From Pirellulales bacterium (lineage in GTDB: Bacteria > Planctomycetota > Planctomycetia > Pirellulales > PALSA-1355): DNA of 64,000 bases. The DNA lies in the NCBI GenBank assembly GCA_035496575.1, contig DATJEN010000143.1, positions 19,120 through 83,119 of the forward strand, written 5' to 3'. This document shows, in pieces, positions 30,211 to 40,396 of the stretch; the first letter of the stretch is position 1, and every line of letters starts with the position of its first letter. A model generated the notes under the pieces. The model was not told the DNA's origin. It ran no database searches and was given only the letters and a program-made list of their open reading frames with translations. Both the position numbers and the translations under genes were made by a program.

Positions 30211-31686
30211 TTAGCTCAGGCTGACCGTCACCGTTTTATTCTCGGTGTAGGCTTTGAGCCCTTCTTCGCCAAGTTCGCGACCCATGCCTGACATCTTGAA
30301 GCCGCCAAATGGCGCGGCGGTGTCAAACACGTCGTAGCAGTTGACCCATACAGTTCCGGCCCGCAATGAGTTCGCGATCCGGTGGGCCTTGCCGATATCG
30401 CGCGTCCACACGGCGGCGGCCAAACCATAAAACGTGTTGTTGCCGCGCTCGATCACTTCGTCCACATCCTTGAACTTGAACACCGACAGCACCGGACCAA
30501 AGATCTCGTCCTTGGCGATCGCCATGTTGTCTTTGACGTCGGTGAATAGCGTGGGCTCGATGAAGAAGCCAACGTCGCCATGGCGAACACCGCCCGTGAC
30601 ACACTTGGCGCCCTCGCGCTTGCCGAGATCGACATAGTGCATGATCTTGTCGAATTGTGCCTTGTCGACCTGAGCCCCTTGCTCGGTGGCCGGGTCAAAT
30701 GGATCGCCAATCTTCCGCGCCTTGTTCATGCTGGTCAGCTTGTCGATCAGCTTGTCGTGGACTTTCTCTTCGACGAACACGCGGCTGCCGGCACAACAGC
30801 ATTGTCCCTGGTTGAGGTACAGCCCGGTGTGGGTGCCTTGCGCGGCGGCATCCAGATCGGCGTCGGCGAAGATGATGTTGGGACTCTTGCCGCCCAACTC
30901 AAACGTCAACCGCTTTAGCGTCTGGCTGGCATCGCGCATGATGATCTGCGCGGTCTTGTATTCGCCAGTAAACGCCACTTTGTCGACGCCGGGATGCTTG
31001 ACAATCGCCGCTCCGGCGGTGGGGCCAAAGCCGGGTACCACGTTGATGACGCCGTCGGGGATGCCCGCCTTCTGTGCCAGCCGGGCCAGCCGCAAGCAAG
31101 TCAGCGGCGTCTGCTCGGCCGGTTTCATGACGATCGTACACCCCGCGGCGAGTGCCGGACCCCATTTCCAGGCCGTCATCAACATGGGGAAATTCCAGGG
31201 AATGATCTGGCCGACCACGCCCACCGGCTCACGCCGGGTGTAGCAGAAGTAGTTGCCGCGGATGGGAATCGTCTGGCCGTGAATCTTGTCGGCATAGCCG
31301 GCGTAATACCGCAGACAGTCGACCGTCAGCGGCAGATCGGCGCTCTTCGATTCGCGGATCGGCTTGCCATTGTCCAACGTTTCGAGCATGGCCAGCTCGT
31401 CGGCCTCCTCTTCGATGAGATCCGCAAGGCGGTGCATCAAGCGGCCTCGCTCGCGGGCATCCAACTTGCGCCACGGGCCATGGTCGAACGCTTCGCGGGC
31501 GGCGGCGACGGCCCGATCGATGTCCTCGGCATCCCCTTCAGCCACCGAGGCGATGACCTCTTCGGTGGCAGGATTGACGGTCTCGAACGTCTTTCCGCTG
31601 GCGGCGGGAACCCACTGGCCCCCAATGAAGCACTGCGTCTGGTGAATTTGCGGCCCACGAGCGGCGGGCTTGGTCATGGTGGCCAC
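30211..31686 (-). CDS. NAD(P)+-dependent aldehyde dehydrogenase
   Basis: 491 aa with [12 protein letters not shown] (Glu active site) and [14 protein letters not shown] (Cys nucleophile). Confidence 0.95.
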   Translation of the reverse strand: MATMTKPAARGPQIHQTQCFIGGQWVPAASGKTFETVNPATEEVIASVAEGDAEDIDRAVAAAREAFDHGPWRKLDARERGRLMHRLADLIEEEADELAMLETLDNGKPIRESKSADLPLTVDCLRYYAGYADKIHGQTIPIRGNYFCYTRREPVGVVGQIIPWNFPMLMTAWKWGPALAAGCTIVMKPAEQTPLTCLRLARLAQKAGIPDGVINVVPGFGPTAGAAIVKHPGVDKVAFTGEYKTAQIIMRDASQTLKRLTFELGGKSPNIIFADADLDAAAQGTHTGLYLNQGQCCCAGSRVFVEEKVHDKLIDKLTSMNKARKIGDPFDPATEQGAQVDKAQFDKIMHYVDLGKREGAKCVTGGVRHGDVGFFIEPTLFTDVKDNMAIAKDEIFGPVLSVFKFKDVDEVIERGNNTFYGLAAAVWTRDIGKAHRIANSLRAGTVWVNCYDVFDTAAPFGGFKMSGMGRELGEEGLKAYTENKTVTVSLS

Positions 31687-31867
31687 GGAAACCTCCTTGA
31701 AGCTAATGCGACGGCTGGTTGCTGGTTAAGAAGGGAAGCGAGCGCCTGGTGAGAGGCCCGCGCCCGTAATTGTAAGAATGCCGCGCGGCGGCAGGCAAGC
31801 AGTGGATCGGCGGCCGACAGGCAGCTTGCCAGAGCGAAGCGCAAACACGGGGATCCGGCCGGAGTGC

Positions 31868-31906
31868 TTGACAGCGATGTGGCCTTTTACTATGTTACAC
31901 ATAGTA
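31868..31906 (+). promoter_or_regulatory. Promoter (TTGACA-17 nt-TATGTT) with an overlapping 8-bp-arm inverted repeat; candidate PadR operator
   Basis: TTGACAGCGATGTGGCCTTTTACTATGTTACACATAGTA. The repeat TACTATGT-tac-ACATAGTA overlaps the -10 and lies about 25 nt upstream of the PadR start. Confidence 0.5.
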
Positions 31907-31928
31907 TGCGAGCCACAGGAGAAGTGCC

Positions 31929-32282
31929 GTGAGAATCGATCGTGAGTTAATGCGCGGCGCAGGCCCGGTCGCCGTGCTGAAGTTGCTCGAGGGGGGCGCG
32001 AAATACGGCTATGAGCTCGTGGAAGAGCTCGCCCGCAGTTCCGATGGCATCCTGGACATGGGGCAGTCGACTCTTTATCCGCTGCTCTACAACCTGGAAG
32101 CCCAGGGGCTCGTGAAGGCCGAATGGCGCGAGGCCGAATCCCCCCGCCCCCGCAAGTACTACGCGCTCACCTCCAAGGGCAAAAAACGCCTGGCCCACGA
32201 CATGGCGCAGTGGCAAGCGGTCGAACGCGCCATGCGTGGCATCGGCGTCTTGCGACCACAACTGGGCGGAGCATCCGCTTAA
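31929..32282 (+). CDS. PadR family transcriptional regulator
   Basis: …VAVLKLLEGGAKYGYELVEELARSSDGILDMGQSTLYPLLYNLEAQGLVKAEWRE…RKYYALTSKGKKRL…. Confidence 0.92.
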   Translation: MRIDRELMRGAGPVAVLKLLEGGAKYGYELVEELARSSDGILDMGQSTLYPLLYNLEAQGLVKAEWREAESPRPRKYYALTSKGKKRLAHDMAQWQAVERAMRGIGVLRPQLGGASA

Positions 32283-32301
32283 AGCGAGCAGAGAATTCGA
32301 A

Positions 32302-34248
32302 ATGGCCGAGACCTACGACGCGCGCACCGAGCCAGGCTGGTGGTTCCGTGCGCGGCACACTCCGCTCCGCGACGCGGTGCGCGGGCAATGGACCAACAGC
32401 CTCGATGCTCGACAGGCCGCCCGGATCGCCGGCCTGCCCGAACCGCTGCCAAACTTTATTTATTTGGCGGTACGGCGGACCCGGCTTTGGCCGAGCGAAC
32501 GGTTAGACGTGGCGCGGGAGTTAATTAGTCACTTTGCCGATGGCCTCGCTTCCGGCCGATCGGCGGAAGAGCTGATCGCGAAGTTTGGTGACGTCGAACG
32601 GGCCGCCGGGCTCATTCGCGAAGCCAAACTGCGCGGCCGGCCACTGTGGTGGCACGCCATGCGCTTCGCGGTGCGCGTGTTGTTCGTGCTCTTCGCGGTC
32701 ACGCTTGTCGTTTACATTGCGTGGGGCATTCGCTTTTACCTGGGCCGACCAGTTGTCGCCCACAACTACTGGAAAGAAATCAACCTTGCGCGCCACGTGC
32801 CCGAAGGAGAGCGCGCGTGGCCTATCTATCGCGAAGCCGCGCTCAAGCTTGGGCGAGATGACGTCGATTTCGAGTGCCTTTTCGTTGGTCCGGCTTGCCT
32901 GCGTTACGAGGACGAGTTGAAGAAAGCGGAACGGCACCGCGACTCGATCGAGCTTGTGCGCGAAGGCGCAAAGCGCGCGCGATTGGGATACTACTGGGGT
33001 GATCCTGCCGACCGAGCCGCCGGGATTGCTCACGGACGGCCAGATCAATTCAGCAAGCAATCGGCCGACGAGAACCGCGAGCTGTTTACTGCACACCTGG
33101 CCGGAATCGATTTGCTGCGGCAACTCGCGCGCTTGATCGCAGGCGATGCCCTGCGCGCTGCGGCCGCCGGCGACGGCCTCACGGCCCGCCAAGATATCGA
33201 GTCACTCGTGGTGATGGCGGGGCAGCTCATGGAGCCCACGTCGTCGCTGGTTGAGCAACTGGTGGGTAGCGCCCTATTTAAGATGGCGATGCAAGCCGCC
33301 GGGCGCACGCTGTATGAAACCCCCCAGGTCTGGAGCGACGAGGACCTTCGCGACCTAGCCCACCGAATTGCCGCGTACCGGGCATCCGGTGCGAGCTACA
33401 GCCTTGCGGCGGACCGGATGTTCTTTGACGATCTCTTGCAACGCGCTTACACCGACGACGGCGACGGCGACGGGCGGATGACCGCTGAGGGAGTCCAATT
33501 GATAGTGCGAGTCGCAGGCGATCTTGGCTGGCTGGCGCCCTTGCGGGTCGATGCAAGCTCAAAAACCCCTGCCCAACCGGGCGTTTCTGGCACGGATTCC
33601 GTGCGGCGAAAAACCCTGGATTCGCTGCGGTACATCGCCACGCCGGGCGTCGCGGCGCTGTTCGGCTCGCGCGAAGAAAATCGGGCCCTGTATTACAAGA
33701 TGCTGGATGAAATGATCGCGGCGCACGAAGGGCCTGCATGGCTATGGAAGCAAGTCGAGCTTGATCCGCTCGTCCTGGGACCGCCACACTCGTCCCGCAC
33801 GCGCCTGAGATACTGGCTCGTCTCGCTGCTGCTGCCAGCGGTTGATAGTGTTTTTGCCGCTCAAGAGCGGGAGCAACAGATAAAAGACGCCACGCTGGTT
33901 GCCATCGCTTTGGAGCTATGGCATCGGCGTCATGGCGAGTGGCCGGCGAAGCTCGACGAACTCGTGCCGGACTTGCTCCCCGCCGTGCCGCCCGACCGCG
34001 TTGACGGCCAGCCGCTACGCTATGTGATCCGAGATGGCCGCCCGATCCTGTATAGCATCGGTGGCGATCGCAACGACGGTGGCGGAGTGGCACCGGAAGA
34101 CCCTGCGTCCGCGCAGCCGTACCGGTTTGGGGTCTACGAAGATGCCTCGAAGGACGAAACCGGCGACTGGATTCTATGGCCAGCGCAACCCGATCGCCCC
34201 TACGTCGCGGACCCCCTCAGCGAAGAGCCGGCGGAATCTGCGCCGTAG
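32302..34248 (+). CDS. PadR-associated membrane-anchored hypothetical protein (648 aa)
   Basis: The ATG at 32302 lies 20 nt after the padR stop. An N-terminal cytoplasmic helical module (…ARELISHFADGLASGRSAEELIAKFGDVERAAGLIREAK…) precedes one TM segment (FAVRVLFVLFAVTLVVYIAW) and a large extracytoplasmic region. The C-terminus …DGQPLRYVIRDGRPILYSIGGDRNDGGG resembles pseudopilin-like tails. Confidence 0.7.
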   Translation: MAETYDARTEPGWWFRARHTPLRDAVRGQWTNSLDARQAARIAGLPEPLPNFIYLAVRRTRLWPSERLDVARELISHFADGLASGRSAEELIAKFGDVERAAGLIREAKLRGRPLWWHAMRFAVRVLFVLFAVTLVVYIAWGIRFYLGRPVVAHNYWKEINLARHVPEGERAWPIYREAALKLGRDDVDFECLFVGPACLRYEDELKKAERHRDSIELVREGAKRARLGYYWGDPADRAAGIAHGRPDQFSKQSADENRELFTAHLAGIDLLRQLARLIAGDALRAAAAGDGLTARQDIESLVVMAGQLMEPTSSLVEQLVGSALFKMAMQAAGRTLYETPQVWSDEDLRDLAHRIAAYRASGASYSLAADRMFFDDLLQRAYTDDGDGDGRMTAEGVQLIVRVAGDLGWLAPLRVDASSKTPAQPGVSGTDSVRRKTLDSLRYIATPGVAALFGSREENRALYYKMLDEMIAAHEGPAWLWKQVELDPLVLGPPHSSRTRLRYWLVSLLLPAVDSVFAAQEREQQIKDATLVAIALELWHRRHGEWPAKLDELVPDLLPAVPPDRVDGQPLRYVIRDGRPILYSIGGDRNDGGGVAPEDPASAQPYRFGVYEDASKDETGDWILWPAQPDRPYVADPLSEEPAESAP

Positions 34249-34433
34249 AGCCCCAGCCACTTCTGACGGCCTGGCGGGCCGATACCTGCCCGAATTAGGG
34301 CCGCAGAAATTGCCCCATTCTGGGCGTCCGTGCCGATTATTCCAAGGCATGGGCCGCTCCAGCGACGTAGAGTTTCAAAAGCAGCCAACTGCTGCTGAAT
34401 TCCGACTTTGACGGTTTTGCGGTTGCCGCCGTT

Positions 34434-35660
34434 TTGGCAATTTTAATGCTAGTTTTGCGTGCGGGGCCGCGCTCCAACTTTGCCAAACAACTCGTGCATC
34501 ACGATTACGATTCTGCCGTTCTGCTGCGCGCCTGCTGCGAGCGCCTGCTGCCTCCAGAGTTGAGGGAGGACGTCGTCCTCGCTCGGCAAGTCAGGCGCGT
34601 CATCGCCCTGCACCTGGCCATGGTGATTTGGGTCCCGCTCTTCTCGAGCTTGTATTACTTGCTGGGCGCGCCGGTCTCGGCCGACGTCATCATGTCGGGC
34701 GGCATCCTGCTATCCGTCAGCTTGATACTGGTGCGACAGGGGCATTCGCCCACCTTCTGCGGCAACTTTCTGACCGGCGCGGCATGGTACGTCTACACGG
34801 CCCTGGCCTGCTTCACCGGAGGCGTCGGCGCGCCAGTCATGATGTGGTTCGTGTCGATTCCGGTACTCTCGGTGCTGATGTGCGGCGCGCGTTCGGGCTT
34901 GTACTGGACGATGTGGTGCGCCCTGACGATCGCGTGCTTCACGCTGGCTCAACATTTCGGCGTGCATTGCGCGAACGAGCTGACGGCCGGCGGTATCCGC
35001 TTCATGCACTTCACCGGCCTGGTGGGGCTGCTCACCTGCGTTTACGTATTGGTGTTCGTGCTCAAGCGGATCGAACAGGACGCGCACGAGGCCTTGCACG
35101 AAGCGAATCGCTCGCTTGAGCGACAGGCCACCATCGACGTGCTGACCGGCGTTGGCAACCGCCGCAGCTTCGACCTGATGCTCGAACAAGAATGGCAGCG
35201 GCATGTTCGCGAACAACGGCCTTTGTCGGTGCTAATGCTCGATGTCGACCTGTTCAAGCAATTCAACGATGAATTCGGCCACCTGGATGGGGACGAATGC
35301 TTACGGGACATCGCCCAGTCAGTCGAGGACTGCATGCTCCGCTCGGGCGACTTCGTGGCCCGTTATGGTGGCGAGGAATTCGCGGTCATTCTGCCCGGCA
35401 CCGACTTGCAAGGCGCGATTCTGGTCGCCGAGACGATTCGCATGAACGTGATGGCGCTGGCGATCCCCCATCCCCGCTCGGCCGTGGCCCCGCATGTGAC
35501 GGTCAGCATCGGCCTGGCGAGCAGCGTGCCGGAGCAGCGCGCCAGTTGCCTGGACTTTTTGCACGAAGTGGACGTGGCCCTGTATCGCGCCAAGGACCGC
35601 GGGCGAAACAACACGGTCTCGAGCCACGAGCTCAGCTCGCTGGCTGAAAGCGCGTACTAG
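34434..35660 (+). CDS. Diguanylate cyclase (GGDEF) with an N-terminal polytopic membrane domain
   Basis: The C-terminal part reads …DVLTGVGNRRSFD…LMLDVDLFKQFNDEFGHLDGDECL…RSGDFVARYGGEEFAVILPGT…ALYRAKDRGRN, with an intact GGEEF and an RxxD I-site. About 6 TM segments lie N-terminally. Confidence 0.9.
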   Translation: MAILMLVLRAGPRSNFAKQLVHHDYDSAVLLRACCERLLPPELREDVVLARQVRRVIALHLAMVIWVPLFSSLYYLLGAPVSADVIMSGGILLSVSLILVRQGHSPTFCGNFLTGAAWYVYTALACFTGGVGAPVMMWFVSIPVLSVLMCGARSGLYWTMWCALTIACFTLAQHFGVHCANELTAGGIRFMHFTGLVGLLTCVYVLVFVLKRIEQDAHEALHEANRSLERQATIDVLTGVGNRRSFDLMLEQEWQRHVREQRPLSVLMLDVDLFKQFNDEFGHLDGDECLRDIAQSVEDCMLRSGDFVARYGGEEFAVILPGTDLQGAILVAETIRMNVMALAIPHPRSAVAPHVTVSIGLASSVPEQRASCLDFLHEVDVALYRAKDRGRNNTVSSHELSSLAESAY

Positions 35661-35691
35661 ACTTCCGGCCCCAAATCGCCCGCTGCCACGA

Positions 35692-36627
35692 TCAGCGGCG
35701 CGTGTAGTACAGCATCGCGTCGTCGATCACCCACGGCGTAGACCATTTGCCGTTGTCGCCGCTGACGACGTTGAAGAAGAACGTGTCCAAGCTCTCGCAG
35801 CGGAAGCCGTAGGGAAACTGAGAGCTGATGTGGTCCTCGGCCGTCAGGTCCTCGAGGCCGGCGTGGCCGAAGTAGTGCACCTGGCCATCGGGCGAGAAGG
35901 ACATTCCCAGGGTCCACCAGCCGGTTTCGCGAATCTTCGGACCGGCGAAGTCACCGCCGTTGGGGCCGCCTCGCAAACTGAGCGAGGCCGAATCAGGAAC
36001 GCTCTTGCCATCACCCTTGTGAAAGATGATGAACATGCCGGGCCAATAAGTATCCGCCTGGTATGAGCTGCCGCCCCAGCGGCCTGGCTTTTTCTTCATG
36101 CGATGCGTCTGGCAGGCGGCCCGGAAGCCGAAGGAGGGTCCATTGCGGCGCTCCCACTCCTCCCAGGGCGGCAGGAAAACGCGCACCACGACGTTGGGCG
36201 ACCAGGACACCGGAATCGAGTATCCCAATCGCGAGTTGACGTCCGCGATGAAGTCGTCCTGCTGCATGGTGCCGCTAAAATATCCCGGCACGCCGGTCTG
36301 GCTGGAGCGCAAGAAAAGCGCGCCGGCACTGCCGGGCAGTCCATCCGGCGGAGTTTCGATGCGGCGAATGTCGTCCGGCTGGCCGCGCATCACCCCTTCG
36401 TACCAGCGATTGTTGGCCGATTTGCCGGCCGGCAACCGCTGCTGCTTGTCGTTTTCGTCGCTGCTCTTGGGCAGGTTGAATACGTACTTCCAGTTTTCGT
36501 TCTCGAAGTCGTCCCCGACTTTGGCCAGCCGCTGACCGGTGCCCGGCACAATTAATTGGGCGTACACTTGCGACTTTGCGATGACGGTGGTCGCGAGCAC
36601 CAGAAGTGCAAACCGGGCCAGCCTCAT
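35692..36627 (-). CDS. Hypothetical secreted protein (beta-rich, lectin/glucanase-like impression only)
   Basis: Signal peptide MRLARFALLVLATTVIAKSQVYA. No family recognised. Confidence 0.65.
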   Translation of the reverse strand: MRLARFALLVLATTVIAKSQVYAQLIVPGTGQRLAKVGDDFENENWKYVFNLPKSSDENDKQQRLPAGKSANNRWYEGVMRGQPDDIRRIETPPDGLPGSAGALFLRSSQTGVPGYFSGTMQQDDFIADVNSRLGYSIPVSWSPNVVVRVFLPPWEEWERRNGPSFGFRAACQTHRMKKKPGRWGGSSYQADTYWPGMFIIFHKGDGKSVPDSASLSLRGGPNGGDFAGPKIRETGWWTLGMSFSPDGQVHYFGHAGLEDLTAEDHISSQFPYGFRCESLDTFFFNVVSGDNGKWSTPWVIDDAMLYYTRR

Positions 36628-36844
36628 GAACCCTCTCCTGCTGAACGGCTATTAAGTCTTTTTGCCAGGCGCGCATCGGGCGACCGACACACGTCTTTTT
36701 ATCGGAACCCCGCGGCGGTTCGTGTAAGCTTTTCGCGTCCCGGCGCACCGTCGTGGCCGGCGGCCGGTTTTCGATTTCGCGAACCCACGAGCGTGCCAGC
36801 ATGACAGCATTCACAAGCCAGCCCACACACGCGACAATACCCAG

Positions 36845-39325
36845 ATGAGCACAGCCGATACTTTGCAAACCGCCATGCGACTGCACCAGACTGGGCAGCT
36901 TCAGCAGGCCGAAGAACTTTATCGCCAGATCCTTTCGCTCGATCCGCGAAACTCAGACGCTTTGCACCTCTTGGGGCTGATTGCCCATCAGATGGGCCGC
37001 TCGGACGTGGCGGTCGGCTTTATCAGCCAGGCGATCGAAATCGAGGGCTCGCAGGCCATCTACCACAACAACTTGGGCGAGGCGAACCGAGCTCTCGGCC
37101 GCCTGGCCGAAGCGCAAGCCAATTATCACCGCGCCATTTGGTTCGATCCCGCCTTTGGCGCAGCGCACTACAACCTGGCACTCCTGCTAGGGGCCACGCA
37201 GCCGGCCGAAGCCGAGCGCCATTATCGGCAGGCCATTCACATCCAGCCGAACATGGCGCTCGCGCACAACAACTTGGGCAACCTGCTGCGCGCGAATGGC
37301 AGATCGCGCGAGGCGATCGACTGTTTTCGCGAGGCCCTTCGCTTGAGGCCGGACTATGTCGACGCGTTAGCCAATTTGGGCGCGGCGCTCATCGATCTCT
37401 CGCGCACCGACGAAGCCATCGAGCAGCTCGAGCATGCCGTGCGGCTCGCGCCGGAATCGGCCGAGGCAAGGTTCAACTTGGGCAATGCTTACAAATCGGT
37501 TGAGAACTGGGAGGCGGCCGCGCTCAGCTATGAAGACGCCGTGCGGCTGCGGCCCGACTTCGACGAAGCCGGTTGCAATCTGGGCAATGCGTTGCGCGTT
37601 CTCGGCCAAACGGAGCGCGCCGAGGCGGAATACCTGAAAGTGCTGGCCCGCCGGCCCGATCATCTGGAAGGCCTGGTCGGATTTGGCGCGCTGTTGCAGA
37701 GCATGGGGCGGCTCGAGGAAGCCCTGGGGTTCTACGACCGTGCCCTGCAAGTGCAACCGGATTCGGCAGCCGCACAGTATTTCCGCGGCACGGTGCTCAT
37801 GTTCCGCCGCCGCCGCAACGATGCCATTCTGGCATTCACCGAAGCCATTCGCCTGCAGCCCAATTATCCGGAGGCATACGCGAACCTGGCCATAATCTAC
37901 AACGATGCCAACCATCCAGATAAAGCCCTCGAATGCTGCGAACGGGGTCTGGAGCTCGGCTCGCGAAACGTGTCGCTCTATGCGAACCGCGCGATTGCGT
38001 TGCACGCGCAGGGCCGCCCACGAGAGGCCATCGAGTCGTACCGTGCGGCGGTCGAGAGGCGGCCGAACAGCTCGGCTGAATACAGCAACCTGCTGTATGC
38101 GATGAACTTTCTGCCGGAATATGACGCGCAGACGTTGTTCGAAGAGCATCGTCGCTGGGCCGAAAAGCACGCCGATCCCTTGATGCCCAACGATCCTGGG
38201 CATCCGAACGACCCCAGCCCAGGCCGGCGCATTCGGGTGGGATATGTCTCGCCGCATTTTCGCGAGCATGCCGTGAATTTCTTTATCGAGCCCATCCTCG
38301 CCTCGCACGACCACGATCGGTTCGAACTCTTCTGCTACTCGAGCACGCCGACTCCGGATGGCGTCACCGCCCGGCTGCGCGGCATGGCCGACGTTTGGCG
38401 AGATACGCTTCACCTGGGCGACCCCCAGTTGGCCGAGCGGATTCGTGACGATCAGATCGATATCCTGGTCGATCTCAGCGGCCACATGGGTTGGACCCGG
38501 CTGCTGGCCTTCGCATGCAAACCGGCCCCGGTGCAGGTAACTTACCTCGGTTATCAAAACACAACCGGCATGTTGGCCATGGACTACCGGCTGACGGACG
38601 AGTGGTCCGACCCGCCTGGCGTCACCGATCGCTATTACACCGAGAAGCTGGTGCGGCTGCCGCGCGCGTTCTTCTGTTACCAGCCCTTCGAGACGCCCGA
38701 CTTGAGTCCCTTGCCGGCGGCCACAAACGGCTTCGTGACCTTCGGCTCGTTCAACAACTACGCCAAGGTAATGCCCGAAACGCTCGATGCGTGGTTCGAC
38801 ATCCTGTCGCGGCTTCCCGGCTCTCGCTTGCTGGTGCTGGCTTACACCGCCGGTTTTTTAGAGCACCGCTTGCGCGAGAAGGCCCGGCAACGTGGCATTT
38901 CGCCCGACCGAATCGAGTTGGCCGACAAGTGCTCGCACGACGAATACATGCGGCTCGTCGCGCGGGTGGACATCGCACTCGATCCATTCCCTTTCAATGG
39001 TCACACGACCACCTGCGATTGCGTTTGGATGGGCGTGCCCGTCGTCATGCTGGCGGGCAATAGCTATGCGTCTCGCTTCGGGGGTAGCGTTTTGCGAAAT
39101 GTGGGCCTGGAGGACCTCATTGCCGGGAGCGTCGAGGAGTACCAGAACAAGGCCGTCGAGCTGGCGGAGGATCGCATGCGCCTCGTGCACTTGCGGCAGA
39201 CGCTTCGCTCGACCACGGCCGACAGCCCGCTACTCGACCACCGGGGCTTTACGCGCCACTTAGAGGCGGCCTATCGCGAGATGTGGGAATCCTGGTGCGC
39301 CACGCAACAGCGAGCCGGCGGGTAG
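36845..39325 (+). CDS. TPR-repeat protein with a C-terminal SPINDLY/O-GlcNAc-transferase-like glycosyltransferase domain
   Basis: About 12 TPR units run from …ALHLLGLIAHQMGR… to …YANRAIALHAQGR… The OGT-like catalytic region follows (…RIRVGYVSPHFREHAVNFF…VQVTYLGYQNTTGM…DIALDPFPFNGHTTTCDCVWMGVPVV…). Confidence 0.85.
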   Translation: MSTADTLQTAMRLHQTGQLQQAEELYRQILSLDPRNSDALHLLGLIAHQMGRSDVAVGFISQAIEIEGSQAIYHNNLGEANRALGRLAEAQANYHRAIWFDPAFGAAHYNLALLLGATQPAEAERHYRQAIHIQPNMALAHNNLGNLLRANGRSREAIDCFREALRLRPDYVDALANLGAALIDLSRTDEAIEQLEHAVRLAPESAEARFNLGNAYKSVENWEAAALSYEDAVRLRPDFDEAGCNLGNALRVLGQTERAEAEYLKVLARRPDHLEGLVGFGALLQSMGRLEEALGFYDRALQVQPDSAAAQYFRGTVLMFRRRRNDAILAFTEAIRLQPNYPEAYANLAIIYNDANHPDKALECCERGLELGSRNVSLYANRAIALHAQGRPREAIESYRAAVERRPNSSAEYSNLLYAMNFLPEYDAQTLFEEHRRWAEKHADPLMPNDPGHPNDPSPGRRIRVGYVSPHFREHAVNFFIEPILASHDHDRFELFCYSSTPTPDGVTARLRGMADVWRDTLHLGDPQLAERIRDDQIDILVDLSGHMGWTRLLAFACKPAPVQVTYLGYQNTTGMLAMDYRLTDEWSDPPGVTDRYYTEKLVRLPRAFFCYQPFETPDLSPLPAATNGFVTFGSFNNYAKVMPETLDAWFDILSRLPGSRLLVLAYTAGFLEHRLREKARQRGISPDRIELADKCSHDEYMRLVARVDIALDPFPFNGHTTTCDCVWMGVPVVMLAGNSYASRFGGSVLRNVGLEDLIAGSVEEYQNKAVELAEDRMRLVHLRQTLRSTTADSPLLDHRGFTRHLEAAYREMWESWCATQQRAGG

Positions 39326-39336
39326 ACACCGGCCGA

Positions 39337-40386
39337 TTAGCGCCCGCGCACGTGCGCCGACGTGAACACGTTGTCAGGAATACCGACGTTCAGTTTCAGC
39401 TCGGTGTACGTGTACTCGGCCAGGATCGGCGGCTTCTGGCCCGGTCGGGCCGGCCACAAGGAAAGATCGACGCGCACCGGCACGTGCAGCTCGTCGTCGA
39501 CAAACACGTTGGCGATGTGGAACTCGAGCCCTTCTTGCTTTTGCGGATGAGTGATGCGAACGACCGAACTCGGTCGCTTATTGATTTTCGCGCCCGCGAT
39601 TCGCTCGACCTTGGTGTTCTGCCCGCTGGCGTCGATGCGCATGTCGCGCTCGAGAATCTGGATCATCTGCGCCAGGATGCGATTGAACCCGCTTTGGGTA
39701 ATCGGCACCAGGCTTTCTTCGCGGGCGGTCTCGCCGTTGGGATCGACGTTGACCACGACGTAATCAAAGTGGCGGCCGCCGTTGCGAACCTGCATCTTGC
39801 CTTCGTTCTGTCCTTCGACATACAGCACGCGGCGCCCCGCCACGTTCTTGGGCGCCTGGAAGAGCAAGAAAATGCTCATCGGCTGCAGAATGCGGTTGCC
39901 CTCGCGGATCTCCTCGCGGCCCCACATGTCGATGTATTGGAAGTCCTGCAGAATGTCGTTGATGCGCTCGCGTTTGATCAGCCGGCAGGTGAAGTCGCGC
40001 TGCGTGTCTTGCAAATAGGCTTGCTCGCGTCGCGCGTAGTCGAGCACCGAAACAAGCGGATGCTCGCGGCTCGTGTCGGCTCCGGGGGCCAGCGGCCGCC
40101 GGGCGGTAACCGGCTGACGCGACTTGGAGGCTTGCGTGGTCGTTTGCTGAGCGATCGCCAGCGGGGCGAACAGCGCTCCGATCACGAGCGTCAAAACGAA
40201 ACGAAACCCAAAACCCAGACAAGTGCGTGGCACGGTTGAAGCTCGCGCGCGTGATGAGGAAAACACGAGGAGTACGGAAAGTATTGCCCACCTCCGTGCG
40301 GAGGCAAATCGTGGGCCACATCTTAGCGGCTCGCTGTCGATTCCCGGCCGCGCCCCAGTAGCCATCCTAAGCGATACAACCCACAC
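39337..40386 (-). CDS. Hypothetical exported protein (possibly DUF1571/LolA-like)
   Basis: This is the maximal ORF. The likely true start is the GTG at ~40233, which gives the signal peptide VPRTCLGFGFRFVLTLVIGALFAPLAIA. The family assignment is from memory of similar Planctomycete proteins and is uncertain. Confidence 0.6.
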   Translation of the reverse strand: MWVVSLRMATGARPGIDSEPLRCGPRFASARRWAILSVLLVFSSSRARASTVPRTCLGFGFRFVLTLVIGALFAPLAIAQQTTTQASKSRQPVTARRPLAPGADTSREHPLVSVLDYARREQAYLQDTQRDFTCRLIKRERINDILQDFQYIDMWGREEIREGNRILQPMSIFLLFQAPKNVAGRRVLYVEGQNEGKMQVRNGGRHFDYVVVNVDPNGETAREESLVPITQSGFNRILAQMIQILERDMRIDASGQNTKVERIAGAKINKRPSSVVRITHPQKQEGLEFHIANVFVDDELHVPVRVDLSLWPARPGQKPPILAEYTYTELKLNVGIPDNVFTSAHVRGR

Positions 40387-40396
40387 AACTTGCGGC

